A DNA stretch of 64,000 bases from Candidatus Sulfomarinibacteraceae bacterium (GCA_963796455.1 CAWCLO010000004.1:1-64000), one strand, 5' to 3'; positions 48,739-59,159 are shown, numbered from the stretch's first letter. The notes: generated by a model not told the origin, from the letters alone. Made by a program: numbers and translations.

Positions 48739-49923
48739 GTGGACGTTTTTCAAAAGTGTTTTGATTTCAAAGATGCCGATATGGTCCGCGAAGCAGGCCT
48801 GTACGCCTATTTCCGGATGATCGGTTCCGGTCAGGATCCGGTCGTGACCATCGACGGACAACGGGTGATCATGCTCGGTTCCAACAACTACCTGGGTCTG
48901 ACCAATCATCCTGAGGTCAAGGCAGCCGCGGCACGCGCGCTCGAAACCTACGGCACCGGAACAGCAGGCTCACGCTTTCTCAACGGCACCCTGGATATCC
49001 ACGTCGAACTCGAGGAAAAACTGGCCGAGTTCATGGGTCGGGAATCGGCGCTGACTTTCTCCACCGGTTACCAGGTGAATCTCGGTGTGATCTCCAGCGT
49101 CGTCGATCGCAGCGACGTGGTGATCCTCGATAGCCTCGATCATGCCTGCATCCTGGATGGCGCCCGACTGTCCTACGGGCGGGTCCTCAAGTTTCCCCAC
49201 AACGATATGGAGGCGCTCGAGGAGCGCCTGCGGAGCGTTGAGGCGGACCGCGGCGCTTTGATCATCGTCGACGGCGTGTTTTCGATGGAGGGGGATGTCG
49301 CCGATCTGCCCCGAATCGTCGAGCTGAAAAAGAAATTCAATGCTCGCCTGATGGTCGACGATGCACACGGCATCGGAGTCATGGGCGCAAACGGCCGCGG
49401 CACGGCCGAACATTTCGGGCTCGAGGATGAAGCCGATCTGGTGATGGGGACATTTTCCAAATCACTGGCGGCGGTCGGTGGATTTGTCGTGGGAGATCGA
49501 AAGGTCATCGACTACATCAAGCATCTTGCTCGATCTCTGATGTTCTCCGCGTCACCGCCGCCGGCGTCGGTGGCAACGGTCATCAAGACGCTCGAGATCA
49601 TCGAGCGCGAACCCGAACGTCGGCAACGCCTGTGGGAAAACACGGAATACATGAAGCACGAGTTCACGACCATGGGCTACGACACCGGCGAATCCGCCTC
49701 TCCCGTCATTCCATTGGTGGTCGGCGAGGATCAAACGGCCTTCAAAATGACCATCCGCCTCCAGGAGGAGGGGGTTTTTGCAAATCCCGTCGTGTCCCCC
49801 GGGGTCCCCGAAGGACGAGCCCTGATGCGGACCTCCTATATGGCGACCCACACTCGCGACCACCTCGATCGTGCCCTCGAGGCCTTTGCCAAGGTCGGGC
49901 GCGAGTTGGGCGTGATTCAGTGA
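48739..49923 (+). CDS. Alpha-oxoamine synthase, serine palmitoyltransferase-like
   Basis: GSNNYLGL, GSRFLNGTLDIH, FSTGYQ.NLG, DHA, DDAHG, GTFSKS (PLP Lys), MFSASPPP; N-terminal G.Y.YFR. Confidence 0.85.
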   Translation: MDVFQKCFDFKDADMVREAGLYAYFRMIGSGQDPVVTIDGQRVIMLGSNNYLGLTNHPEVKAAAARALETYGTGTAGSRFLNGTLDIHVELEEKLAEFMGRESALTFSTGYQVNLGVISSVVDRSDVVILDSLDHACILDGARLSYGRVLKFPHNDMEALEERLRSVEADRGALIIVDGVFSMEGDVADLPRIVELKKKFNARLMVDDAHGIGVMGANGRGTAEHFGLEDEADLVMGTFSKSLAAVGGFVVGDRKVIDYIKHLARSLMFSASPPPASVATVIKTLEIIEREPERRQRLWENTEYMKHEFTTMGYDTGESASPVIPLVVGEDQTAFKMTIRLQEEGVFANPVVSPGVPEGRALMRTSYMATHTRDHLDRALEAFAKVGRELGVIQ

Positions 49924-49932
49924 TGGTGAGCG

Positions 49933-51069
49933 ATGCGGATTGAGTCGATTCGCAGCCGCGCGGATCGCGCGCGCTTTGTCGATTTCCCCTGGCAGATCTA
50001 TCGCGACGATCAAAATTGGGTGCCGCCACTCAAGGCATCGGTTCGATCGATGCTTGATGCCCGAAGCCACCCCTTCTACAACGGAGGCAAGGGCGCCGAA
50101 ATCGAGCTCTTTATAGCCTGCGAGGGCCCCGACGTCGTCGGCCGGGTCGCCGCGATTCTCAACCACACCAATAACCAGGTTCATGCCGAAAATGTCGTCT
50201 TCTTCGGTTTCTTTGAAACTATCGATCGCCCGGATGTGGCGCGCGAACTACTCGGTGCAGTTGAGGTTTGGGCAACAGAAAAAGGTGCGACCGCGGTTCG
50301 GGGGCCGATGAACCCGTCCACGAACTACGAGTGCGGTCTGCTGGTCGAGGGTTTCTCACGTCCGCCCGTTCTCATGATGACCTACAACCCGCCCTCCTAT
50401 CCCCGTTTGATCGAGGGAGCTGGCTACCGCAAGGTCAAGGACCTGCACGCCTACATCTCGCCGGTCCACGGCGCCAGTCTGAATCGGTTGCAACGCCTGG
50501 CCGCCAGGACACGAAACCGTAATCCGGAAATCGAGACGAGAGGCGCGAACCTCGCGGATTTTGCCGGCGAAGTCAAGTTGGTTCAGAATATCTACAACTC
50601 GGCCTGGGAGAAGAACTGGGGCTTTCTCCCCATGTCGGACTCGGAGATCGAGTGGTTGGCGAAAGAGCTCAAACCACTGGTGCAGAAAGACCTGTTGCGT
50701 TTCGCCCTGTACGATGGCGAACCGGTGGCTTTCTTGCTGACGATTCCGGATTGGAACCCGGTGCTGGCGGATCTCGACGGGTCGCCATGGCGGCACCCGA
50801 TCCGCACCCTCAAACACGTGCTCAAGAGCAAACCCGAGACGATGACCGGTCTGCGGGTGATCACCCTCGGTGTCAAGGCCGATCACCGCAAACGCGGCAT
50901 CGAAGCCATCCTGCTCGGTGAGGGTCTGGAAAAGAGCCTCGAAATCGGCTACCAGTGGTGTGAGTACTCATGGATCCTCGAGGACAACGAGGTCACAAAG
51001 CGTGCCGTGAGATTGATGGATGGTGAGCTCTACAAGATCTATCGGATCTACGAAAAAAGCCTCGGCTAG
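49933..51069 (+). CDS. Tandem-GNAT acyltransferase, bacterial ceramide synthase (bCerS/YghO)-like
   Basis: FPW.IY.DD.NWVPPL, VVGRVAA, FGFFE, GPMNPSTNYECGLL.EGF, MM.YNP.Y, NWGF.P, SWILEDN. Confidence 0.8.
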   Translation: MRIESIRSRADRARFVDFPWQIYRDDQNWVPPLKASVRSMLDARSHPFYNGGKGAEIELFIACEGPDVVGRVAAILNHTNNQVHAENVVFFGFFETIDRPDVARELLGAVEVWATEKGATAVRGPMNPSTNYECGLLVEGFSRPPVLMMTYNPPSYPRLIEGAGYRKVKDLHAYISPVHGASLNRLQRLAARTRNRNPEIETRGANLADFAGEVKLVQNIYNSAWEKNWGFLPMSDSEIEWLAKELKPLVQKDLLRFALYDGEPVAFLLTIPDWNPVLADLDGSPWRHPIRTLKHVLKSKPETMTGLRVITLGVKADHRKRGIEAILLGEGLEKSLEIGYQWCEYSWILEDNEVTKRAVRLMDGELYKIYRIYEKSLG

Positions 51070-51079
51070 AAGACCTGGT

Positions 51080-52123
51080 TCAGGGTTTTCCACAGAGCGG
51101 CACGCCGCGTTGATCCGGGTCGCCGGTGGCTTTGAGAAAGCGCTTGGTGAGACCGCGAACAATGGTGCGGACGCGATTTCGGCTGGTGTTCTGACCCGGG
51201 AGGGGAATCTGAGCGGCGGCGAGGCTCTGATGGCCGCCACCAAAACCGTGCCGACCTCCCAGATTCCTCGCGATTCGACCGGCGTCCCCTTCGCGGGCAA
51301 TCGTCCGGATGCTGAGGTGGAGCCACCCGTCGATGACCGCCAAGCACATTGCCCAGTCGACGTCTTCAACCCGAAGCAACAGATCCGCTGCCTCGGCCAC
51401 CATCTCTTGCGAGTCGAGCTCTCCGAGATCCGACACGATCCGATTGCCGTAGATCTTCGCGTTGTCGAGTGCGACGCGGAGTTTCGAAAAATAGGATCGG
51501 GGCAGTGGGGCCTGAACGATTCGTCCGAGCACTCGCGCATTGGCGTGGGGATAGAGATCGAGGAAAGCCTCGAGATCGGCTTTGGTGCTTTCGCGACCGA
51601 GATCCTGAGTGTCGGAACGAATGCCGTAGACCATGGCCGTGGCCAGTTTCGGTGGGATTTCGATATCGGCAGCGAGCAGGTATTCGTAGAGTATCGAGGA
51701 CGTCGCGCCGTAGCGGCTTCGGATATCGGTAAACCGGGCCGAGCGGGTCTCGCGCCGAATCGGATGGTGATCGATGACCACATCCAGGCGGTTGCTCGGG
51801 TCGAAGCTGACATTTCCGGCGCCCGGTTGGGCATCGACCATGCTCAGGCGATCGAATCGGTCGAGATCGAGATCGTCCAACGTACGGGTATTGAGCCCGA
51901 GATACTTGAGCAGTGCGAGATTCTCCGCTCGCCACACGGAGCCCGAATGAGCGATCGAGCACGCGATATCGTGCCGTTGATTGGCCAGTTCGCGGAGGGC
52001 TGCCGCCGCTGCGATCGCGTCCGGGTCGGGTGTGTTTTGCAGGATGATCAGCATGCTGCGTGCGCCGTCGAGCACCGACGAGAGTCGAAGCAGGCGTTCT
52101 TCGGGCGTCGTAGGTCGTCCCAT
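51080..52123 (-). CDS. DHH family phosphoesterase
   Basis: PDPDAIA, VIDHH, GATSSI, GIRSDT, GGGH..AA. Confidence 0.9.
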   Translation of the reverse strand: MGRPTTPEERLLRLSSVLDGARSMLIILQNTPDPDAIAAAAALRELANQRHDIACSIAHSGSVWRAENLALLKYLGLNTRTLDDLDLDRFDRLSMVDAQPGAGNVSFDPSNRLDVVIDHHPIRRETRSARFTDIRSRYGATSSILYEYLLAADIEIPPKLATAMVYGIRSDTQDLGRESTKADLEAFLDLYPHANARVLGRIVQAPLPRSYFSKLRVALDNAKIYGNRIVSDLGELDSQEMVAEAADLLLRVEDVDWAMCLAVIDGWLHLSIRTIAREGDAGRIARNLGGRHGFGGGHQSLAAAQIPLPGQNTSRNRVRTIVRGLTKRFLKATGDPDQRGVPLCGKP

Positions 52124-52231
52124 CAGACGCCACCGCCCTGGTAGTTGCTCCCCCCGGAATGCTTTTGCTGCATCAGTGACCCCGGCGGAAGAGTATACCG
52201 CGTGCCCGGTTTTCGAAGAGCTACCTTTTCG

Positions 52232-52745
52232 TCGCTATCGCTATCGCTATCGCTATCGCTTCGATATCGGAATCGGCTGGACTGAGCTGGCTCGATGATT
52301 TCAAGGTGTCATCCTGAGCGACTTGCCCCGGCGTAGCTGTAGACGAAGCCGGAAGCGCCTGTGGCGCGAAGTCGAAGGATCTGCGGTCCGAGGGCGTTGC
52401 CTTCCATCCCACAGATCCTTCGACTACGCCCCGTGGGGGCTCCGCTCAGGATGACATTGGGAGGCGACGTTCGCGTGCGTGGGTGATCGGTGCCGGGTGG
52501 TACTTCCTTCCGGGAACGGGAGCGGGAACGGCTAGGGCGGTCAGCCCTTTCGAGTGCGGGAATGCCGGATCCACCGGGGCCGTTCGATAGCGATTCCGAT
52601 ACCGATAGCGATAGCGAGAATGCCGAGCGGTCCTCAGTTCCCCCTCGTTCTCCTTTGCCCCTTTCTCCCTTTCCCCCTTTCTCCCTTTCCCCCTTTCTCC
52701 TACGTCCCTCTGCCTACGGCATCCAGCATCCAGCATCCAGCTCTC
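52232..52745. repeat. Intergenic mosaic of short tandem arrays
   Basis: (TCGCTA)4+ at 52232; opposed CGATAG-type units 52585-52617; CCCTTT(C/T)C octamers ~52659-52700; GCATCCA x3 ~52719-52740. Confidence 0.85.
52307..52456. mobile_element. Second full copy of the GTCATCCTGAGC MITE/REP-like element
   Basis: TGTCATCCTGAGCG...CGCTCAGGATGACA termini; inner AGTCGAAGGATCTG/CAGATCCTTCGACT. Confidence 0.75.
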
Positions 52746-52791
52746 AGCCTCCCGAGGAGGGACATGCGTAGAATAGGCACACGGAGGAAAG

Positions 52792-55164
52792 ATGATCCGT
52801 CGTGCCTGGTTCCTGCTCACAGCCTGTGGAGTCCTGCTCCTTCTGATCGGGGTGCTCGGTTTGGCAAATCTGCGGATGCGATCGGCATCCAGCCGCCTTC
52901 CGGAACGCGGTTCAGTGGTCGAGTCGATCCCCGGATGTCCGGCCCGCGTCGAGGTGGTCTTTGACGGGCGGGGAATACCGCACGTCAGTACCGGTAGTCC
53001 GTCGGCGCTGTGGTTCGCCCAGGGCTATCTGCACGCCCGCGACCGGTACTTTCAGATGGAGATGGCGCGCAGCACGGCATCGGGGCGCCTGGCCGAAATC
53101 TTTGGCGAATCTGCTTTGGATAACGACCGCAAAATGCGGGTCTTGCGTCTCGGTGCCACCGCCCGAAGGCAGGCGGCGCAGCTGATGGCGAGCGATCGTT
53201 CAGTTCTCGAGTCCTATTCCGATGGGGTCAACGCGGCGATCGCGCAATTTGGGCACTGGATCGCCCCCGAGATCTGGCTCCTGGGCATCGAACCCGAGCC
53301 CTGGGTCCCGGAAGATTCCCTCGCAATCTCACTTCTGATGCAGCTCGATCTCAGCTGGTCGATGGGGATGGAGTTGCGTCGCGGGCTCCAGATCCGGCGA
53401 CTCGGCCAGGAGCGCGCGACCGAGCTCTGGGGTTGGACTCCGCTTCAGATCAGGGATTGGATACCACCTGGCGACGCGATCAAGTATTCGTTCCGTGATC
53501 ACGAGCCGATCACCCATCCGACCGGAAGCATCGGATCGAACGCCTGGGCGATTGCGCCTGAGCGGACGGCGACGGGGCGGCCGCTGCTTGCCACCGATCC
53601 CCATCATGGCATCCAGATGCCCGGGGCTTTTTTTGCAATCCACCTCACTGGACCGGGCACCCACGTCGCGGGGCTTTCGGTGGCCGGGACACCGGGAGTG
53701 TTGATCGGCCACAACGAAAGCGTCGCTTGGGGTCTGACGATGTCGATGGTGGACGATCAGGATCTCTTTGTCCTCACCCTCGACGATAGCGGTACCCGTG
53801 AGTTGGTGGACGGACGCTGGCGACCGCTGCGGACGGTGACCGAGAACATCTACGTTCGCTGGCAGGAGAGTCCGGAACTCATCAAAATCCGCCTTTCCGT
53901 CCATGGGCCTATGGTTCGGGAACAGCGTGATGAGGTATTGGCCCTCGCTTGGACCGCGCTGAACGGACCCAGCTTGTTGCCGGCGGTGATGCGCATGTAC
54001 CGCACCACGACCGTGGGTCAGGCCGCGGAGGCATGGCGCGACGTTCTCAGCCCATCTATGAATCTGGTTGCCGCGGATACGACTGGCGACATCCTTCATC
54101 AGGTAGTCGGTCAGGTTCCGAAAAGGGAGGCGGGAGCCGGACGGCTACCGTCGCCGGGCTCGGACTCACGGTGGGCGTGGAAGGGCTTTCGGCCGATGGC
54201 TGAAAACCCGTCCCGGCTCAACCCGGAAGAAGGGTTCATCGCCTCGGCAAGTCAAGATCTCTTCGGCGAAGGTGAATACCCGGAACGTGAGCGATATCCC
54301 GCCGATTTTGCGCCTCCGTGGCGGTCCCGCAGGCTTCGCGAAGTCCTCGCAAAAAACGATCAGTGGACTGTGGCCGATTGTATGGCCCTGCAAACTGATG
54401 AAGTTTCGGGTCGAGCGATTGCGATGCTCAAAATCATGTGGCCCGATTTCAGTGAATACGAAGGTTTGGCAGTTGCGCGGCTGATGGAGTGGGACGCGGT
54501 CATGGATTCCGGATCCGACGGAGCGGCTCTCTACGCACGCCTGATGTTGGATCTGGGTCGTGCAGTCAGCGGTGACGAGGCACTCCGTGACGGGCTGGGT
54601 TCGCCGCCCCTCGGCCCGGAGGAGATCTTGAGGTTGCTGGCCGGCGGACTCGACGACAGCTGGTGGGATGATGTCGGTACCCAGAAGACGGAGAATCGAA
54701 GCGAAATTTTGGCAGGTGTTTTTTCCCGGCTCGACAACAAAGTGGGTTTCCCTTCGTGGGGTGAAATCCACACGGTGCACTTCCAACACCAGTTGACCGA
54801 AGCACCGGGTCTCGGGAGGATATTCAGCGACTCGTGGAACCGTGGTCCGTTTGCGGTTGGTGGCGGCAACGTGACAGTCAACGCCCACTCCTGGAATTCG
54901 GCGCGGCCGTTTGCGGTCACAGCGATCCCTGCTGCGAGGTTTGTTGCCGACGTCGGGAACTGGGACGACAGCGTTCTCGTGTTGCCGGTCGGACAGAGCG
55001 GTCGGCCCTGGTCGCCCCACTATGCCGATCAGATCGAAAGCTGGATCGCTGGTGAGCCGCTGAGCTTTGCATTCAGTGAGGCGGCGGTCACCGCCGCGGC
55101 GGTAGCACGCATGGAGCTCAGGCCCGGTCCGCGCGAAAAACTGCCCGAGGAGACCGAGCGGTGA
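52792..55164 (+). CDS. Penicillin acylase family (S45) Ntn-hydrolase
   Basis: GIPH, FAQGYLHARDR.FQM, GSNAW (Ser nucleophile), LLA.DPH, GHN, GQSG.P.SPHY.DQ. Confidence 0.92.
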   Translation: MIRRAWFLLTACGVLLLLIGVLGLANLRMRSASSRLPERGSVVESIPGCPARVEVVFDGRGIPHVSTGSPSALWFAQGYLHARDRYFQMEMARSTASGRLAEIFGESALDNDRKMRVLRLGATARRQAAQLMASDRSVLESYSDGVNAAIAQFGHWIAPEIWLLGIEPEPWVPEDSLAISLLMQLDLSWSMGMELRRGLQIRRLGQERATELWGWTPLQIRDWIPPGDAIKYSFRDHEPITHPTGSIGSNAWAIAPERTATGRPLLATDPHHGIQMPGAFFAIHLTGPGTHVAGLSVAGTPGVLIGHNESVAWGLTMSMVDDQDLFVLTLDDSGTRELVDGRWRPLRTVTENIYVRWQESPELIKIRLSVHGPMVREQRDEVLALAWTALNGPSLLPAVMRMYRTTTVGQAAEAWRDVLSPSMNLVAADTTGDILHQVVGQVPKREAGAGRLPSPGSDSRWAWKGFRPMAENPSRLNPEEGFIASASQDLFGEGEYPERERYPADFAPPWRSRRLREVLAKNDQWTVADCMALQTDEVSGRAIAMLKIMWPDFSEYEGLAVARLMEWDAVMDSGSDGAALYARLMLDLGRAVSGDEALRDGLGSPPLGPEEILRLLAGGLDDSWWDDVGTQKTENRSEILAGVFSRLDNKVGFPSWGEIHTVHFQHQLTEAPGLGRIFSDSWNRGPFAVGGGNVTVNAHSWNSARPFAVTAIPAARFVADVGNWDDSVLVLPVGQSGRPWSPHYADQIESWIAGEPLSFAFSEAAVTAAAVARMELRPGPREKLPEETER

Positions 55165-55808
55165 TTCACCGCGAACACGATGCCGTGAGACTGGCAATTT
55201 CCTCATGTGGACCCCAACTCGAGGTGGCCCTTCGTGCCTCGTCCATGGGCGAGGTTTCCATGGTCCGTCTGGGTGCCGGCAAGCCCCGTTCAACCCTCGT
55301 TCTGGCTGCCGTGGATCTCTTGTTCGAAAATGCCGGACTCACCGCAGACGCGCTCGAGGAGGTCGTCATCTCACGGGGGCCGGGTTCCTTCACCGGCATC
55401 CGCGCCGGGTTGGCCACTGCCGCGGGTCTGGCGAGTGCTACCGGCGCCGTCTGTTTGGCATACGACTCATTGCTCATGCATGCCGCCCGATGTGACGCTC
55501 CCGCCTCGTTGTGGAGTGCACAGCCCGGGCGGCGAGGCGAGGTCTATGCCCGCAGGTTCGAACTCGCGTCAGACGAGCCCCCGAGCGGTGTCGAAGATAT
55601 CGAGATCCTCGCGGTGGCCGATCTTGCCGGCAGGGGACCGTGGGTCGCAGCGGAGGGCCTGGATCTCGGTCAGGCCGAGAGGGCGGTCGCCGCGCGGAGC
55701 GCCTCCGAAGCCCTGCTTTTGCTTGTCGAAGCGGGCGCTGAAACCCAGCCGGTGGAACCTCTCTATATCGAGGGCCCGCCGATCCACCGCGCGGGTGGTG
55801 GCAACTGA
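55161..55808 (+). CDS. tsaB: tRNA threonylcarbamoyladenosine biosynthesis protein TsaB
   Basis: GPGSFTGIRAG, RRGEVY, EPLYI; upstream of rimI. Confidence 0.88.
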   Translation: MIHREHDAVRLAISSCGPQLEVALRASSMGEVSMVRLGAGKPRSTLVLAAVDLLFENAGLTADALEEVVISRGPGSFTGIRAGLATAAGLASATGAVCLAYDSLLMHAARCDAPASLWSAQPGRRGEVYARRFELASDEPPSGVEDIEILAVADLAGRGPWVAAEGLDLGQAERAVAARSASEALLLLVEAGAETQPVEPLYIEGPPIHRAGGGN

Positions 55809-55809
55809 G

Positions 55810-56271
55810 GTGGCGGTGAGGTACGTGGTAAGACCACCTCAGGTGGGAGACGCGCGAAACCTGGCGGTGGCCGAGTTGGACTGCTTTTCCGATCCATGGC
55901 CGCCGCAGTTTTTTGTCTCCGAAATCCTGGCGGAAGGGCGATTCAACCGAATCCTCGAGGATTCAGCAGGTCAGCTGAAGGCCTATCTCTTTTGTGCATG
56001 GCAATACCTGGATCTGCACGTGCTCAAAGTGGCCAGCTTGCCGGCCTATCGCCGGATGGGGCTGTCGACCCGACTGATGACGCTCGCCGAGGAGCACACG
56101 ACGGAGACCGGTGGCGAAAGCCTGACCCTGGAGGTCCGGCCATCCAATGTGGCGGCAATCAGAATGTACGAGTCCCTCTGCTATGAATGTGCGGGAACTC
56201 GACCGCGCTACTACCAGGACGGTGAGGACGCGGTGATCATGACCAAGAGAATGAGGAATTCGGAGTTATGA
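55810..56271 (+). CDS. rimI: Ribosomal protein S18 alanine acetyltransferase
   Basis: F.DPW, HVL.VA..P.YRR.G, LEVRPSN..AI.MY, RPRYY.DGEDA..M; start uncertain (55798-55816). Confidence 0.88.
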   Translation: MAVRYVVRPPQVGDARNLAVAELDCFSDPWPPQFFVSEILAEGRFNRILEDSAGQLKAYLFCAWQYLDLHVLKVASLPAYRRMGLSTRLMTLAEEHTTETGGESLTLEVRPSNVAAIRMYESLCYECAGTRPRYYQDGEDAVIMTKRMRNSEL

Positions 56272-56500
56272 GTTCGGAATTCGGAGGTGACGTTCGTGCG
56301 TGGCCGCAATTTTTCAGAGGTCGCGACGAGTCCTGACCGTCAAATGTCCGGAGACTGAGAACCAGACAGTGTGGTGCAGCCGTCCGGGCCGCGCGCGCAC
56401 ACCGCAAGAACCATTTTCATTCCTCTCAGAAGGATTTCCTCATTCCTCATTCCTCGTTCCTCATTCCGAACTCCGAACCCCGAAATCCGAACTCCGAACT
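56249..56500. repeat. Opposed heptamer arrays between rimI and fumC
   Basis: GAATGAG/GAATTCG units 56249-56286; TTCCTCA then AACTCCG units ~56435-56500. Confidence 0.8.
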
Positions 56501-56503
56501 TCT

Positions 56504-57886
56504 TCAGGTCATTTCTTCCGGTCGCACGAGACGATCAAAATCTTCTTCGCTGAGGAGACCGAGTTCGACCGCGGCGGCTTTGAGTGTGATGCCCTCGGTA
56601 TGCGCCTTTTTTGCGATTTTCGCCGAGTTGTCGTAACCGATTTCCGGATTGAGGGCGGTGACCAACATGAGGCTTTTTTCGAGGTATTCGTCGGTCCTGT
56701 TCCGATTGGCCTCAATACCGGCCACACACTTGTCGGCAAAGCTGTTGCAGGCGTCTGCCAGGAGACGAATCGACTGCAGGAGATTGAAGATCATCATTGG
56801 TTTGAAGACATTGAGTTCGAGGTGGCCCGTCGCACCGCCGATCGCGATCGCGGTGTCGTTGCCGATCACCTGCGCCGCCACCATCGTCAGCGCCTCACTC
56901 TGGGTCGGGTTGACCTTGCCCGGCATGATGGACGAACCGGGCTCGTTCGCGGGGAGGGTGATTTCGCCGAGACCGCAACGCGGTCCAGATCCGAGAAGAC
57001 GGATGTCGTTACCGATTTTCATCAGCGAAACGGCGAGGGTTTTAAGCGTGCCGCTGGTCTGGACGATGGCGTCGTGGGCGGCCAGTGCCTCGAATGGGTT
57101 GTGAGCCGGGACAAACGGCAGTTCGGTCATGTCGGCAATGGCGGCGGCGGTCCGCGCGCCGAACTCCGGATGGGTGTTGAGGCCGGTGCCGACGGCCGTG
57201 CCGCCGATTGCGAGTTCATAAAGATCGGGAAGGCTCGTGTTGACCCGGTCGATGCCTTTGTCGAGCTGTTCACGATAGGCCGAAAACTCCTGTCCCAGGG
57301 TGATCGGAACAGCGTCCATGAGGTGGGTTCTGCCAATTTTGACCACATCAAAAAATCGGATCGCCGCGTCGTCGATGACATCTCGAAGATGGGTGAGAGC
57401 CGGCACGAGGCGGTGGACAATGGCCTCGACTGCCGCGATGTGCATGGCGGTGGGGAAGGTGTCGTTCGAAGACTGGCCGCAATTGACGTGATCATTCGGG
57501 TGGATGGGGTCTTTTGAGCCGACGATACCCCCCGCCATTTCGATGGCCCGGTTGGCAATGACCTCGTTGGCGTTCATATTGGTCTGGGTACCGCTCCCGG
57601 TCTGCCAGACGACCAGAGGGAAGTTGTCGTCCAGGATTCCTTCGATCACCTCTCTGGCGGCTCTTTCGATGAGATTGGCGCGTTCAGCATCCAATACGCC
57701 CAACTCGCTGTTGCTGTGCGCTGCCGCCAATTTGAGGATGCCCAGCGCTCGAATGATGCCCCGCGGCATCACTTCGTCGCCGATTTTGAAGTTTTCCAAC
57801 GATCGCTCGGTCTGGGCCCCCCAATAGCGATTGGCCGGCACGCTGACCTCGCCCATCGTGTCTTTTTCGACCCGTGTATCGGCCAT
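56504..57886 (-). CDS. fumC: Class II fumarate hydratase
   Basis: [49 protein letters not shown]. Confidence 0.97.
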   Translation of the reverse strand: MADTRVEKDTMGEVSVPANRYWGAQTERSLENFKIGDEVMPRGIIRALGILKLAAAHSNSELGVLDAERANLIERAAREVIEGILDDNFPLVVWQTGSGTQTNMNANEVIANRAIEMAGGIVGSKDPIHPNDHVNCGQSSNDTFPTAMHIAAVEAIVHRLVPALTHLRDVIDDAAIRFFDVVKIGRTHLMDAVPITLGQEFSAYREQLDKGIDRVNTSLPDLYELAIGGTAVGTGLNTHPEFGARTAAAIADMTELPFVPAHNPFEALAAHDAIVQTSGTLKTLAVSLMKIGNDIRLLGSGPRCGLGEITLPANEPGSSIMPGKVNPTQSEALTMVAAQVIGNDTAIAIGGATGHLELNVFKPMMIFNLLQSIRLLADACNSFADKCVAGIEANRNRTDEYLEKSLMLVTALNPEIGYDNSAKIAKKAHTEGITLKAAAVELGLLSEEDFDRLVRPEEMT

Positions 57887-57994
57887 GATCATTCCTCCCG
57901 CCTTCTGTCCCTAAGGGTAACAGCGGATCGCGCCCAAATCGTTCCGGTTGAGTACGATATGGGGCTTTTTGGGCAATGGTTGTAGAATATGTAT

Positions 57995-59110
57995 ATGGGA
58001 TTGCTCGGAGAGATGCTTGTCGAGCGCGGTGCGATATCTGTGGAGCAGTTGCACACAGGTCTGGCGGCGTGCCGTCGCGGTGGCGCCCGTCTCGGGACCT
58101 ATCTGGTTGATTACGGTTTTATCGAAGAAGATTCGCTTCTCCAGGCCCTGGCGGAGCAGCATGGTGTGCCCTATGTTTCACAGCAGATGCTGCTCGAGTA
58201 TCTCGAGGGTGTCGATGCGGGCGTTCTGCCGAAATCGATGCTGCGCCGGTTGCGGGTGGTGCCTTTCAGGCTGATTCAGGACCGCATCCAGGTCGCGATG
58301 AGCAATCCAGGGGATGCACGGATCATCGACCGGATCGCAAATTTCACCCAGATGCATGTGGAGCCCTTTGTCGCGTCCGATCGAACGATTGAACTCGCGA
58401 TCGACCGGGCGAGGGACACGCCTCCAGCCGCCGGAGAAGATGCCGACCTTTTGACCGAGGTCGTGGCGGCGGAGGAGGACAAGCTCGAGTGGGACGATTT
58501 GTGGAAACCGCGCATGATTCCCGCGACACTGTTCAGGCATCACAGCCGGCCGCGAGCAGCCAAGATGGTCCACGTTGCGAGCTTTCCGAGCCTGGTGCCT
58601 GCCGGTTCGGATGGCGGCAAGTTGCGGGGCGCCATCACCGACAATCGTGAGCTTCTGAGGTTGTTCGGGTCGGCCACCACTGCCAGCGAAGTCGGCGAAA
58701 TCCTCGTTCACTACACGTCACAGCGCTGTGACCGGGTGTGTCTTTTTGCGGTGCACCACGGAAAGGTCTCTGGTTGGATGAGTCGGGGAATTCCTCTCGA
58801 TGCCGCTGATGTGCGGTCCTTCTCGATTTTTGCCGATGTTGCCTCGGTGTTCACCGAACTCGAGGAGCGCGACAGATACGCCGGACCGATGCCGGCCGGG
58901 GTGGTCAATGACGATCTCCTCCGGCTGCTGGGTCATCCGGAACCCACCGAGGTCCTGGTGGTCAGCCTCCCAATGAACGGACGCGCCAAGGGATACGTGA
59001 TGGCGGATCTCCCGACGCGGTCCGTCCCGGTTGCGATTCAGGACGAGCTGGTTTCTGCCGGGCGAGCGGCCGGAGAAACGCTGGCCGCAGTTCTGCGCGG
59101 TCGCGGGTGA
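57995..59110 (+). CDS. MshEN/GspE-N-terminal domain protein without ATPase
   Basis: LGEMLV..G.I..EQL..GL....G.RLG..LV..GFI....L..AL.EQ; VAMSNP; no Walker A. Confidence 0.78.
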   Translation: MGLLGEMLVERGAISVEQLHTGLAACRRGGARLGTYLVDYGFIEEDSLLQALAEQHGVPYVSQQMLLEYLEGVDAGVLPKSMLRRLRVVPFRLIQDRIQVAMSNPGDARIIDRIANFTQMHVEPFVASDRTIELAIDRARDTPPAAGEDADLLTEVVAAEEDKLEWDDLWKPRMIPATLFRHHSRPRAAKMVHVASFPSLVPAGSDGGKLRGAITDNRELLRLFGSATTASEVGEILVHYTSQRCDRVCLFAVHHGKVSGWMSRGIPLDAADVRSFSIFADVASVFTELEERDRYAGPMPAGVVNDDLLRLLGHPEPTEVLVVSLPMNGRAKGYVMADLPTRSVPVAIQDELVSAGRAAGETLAAVLRGRG

Positions 59111-59159
59111 AGCCCACCGACCCCGGGTTTCTTGGACCGGATCAAGATAAGATGGTTTC

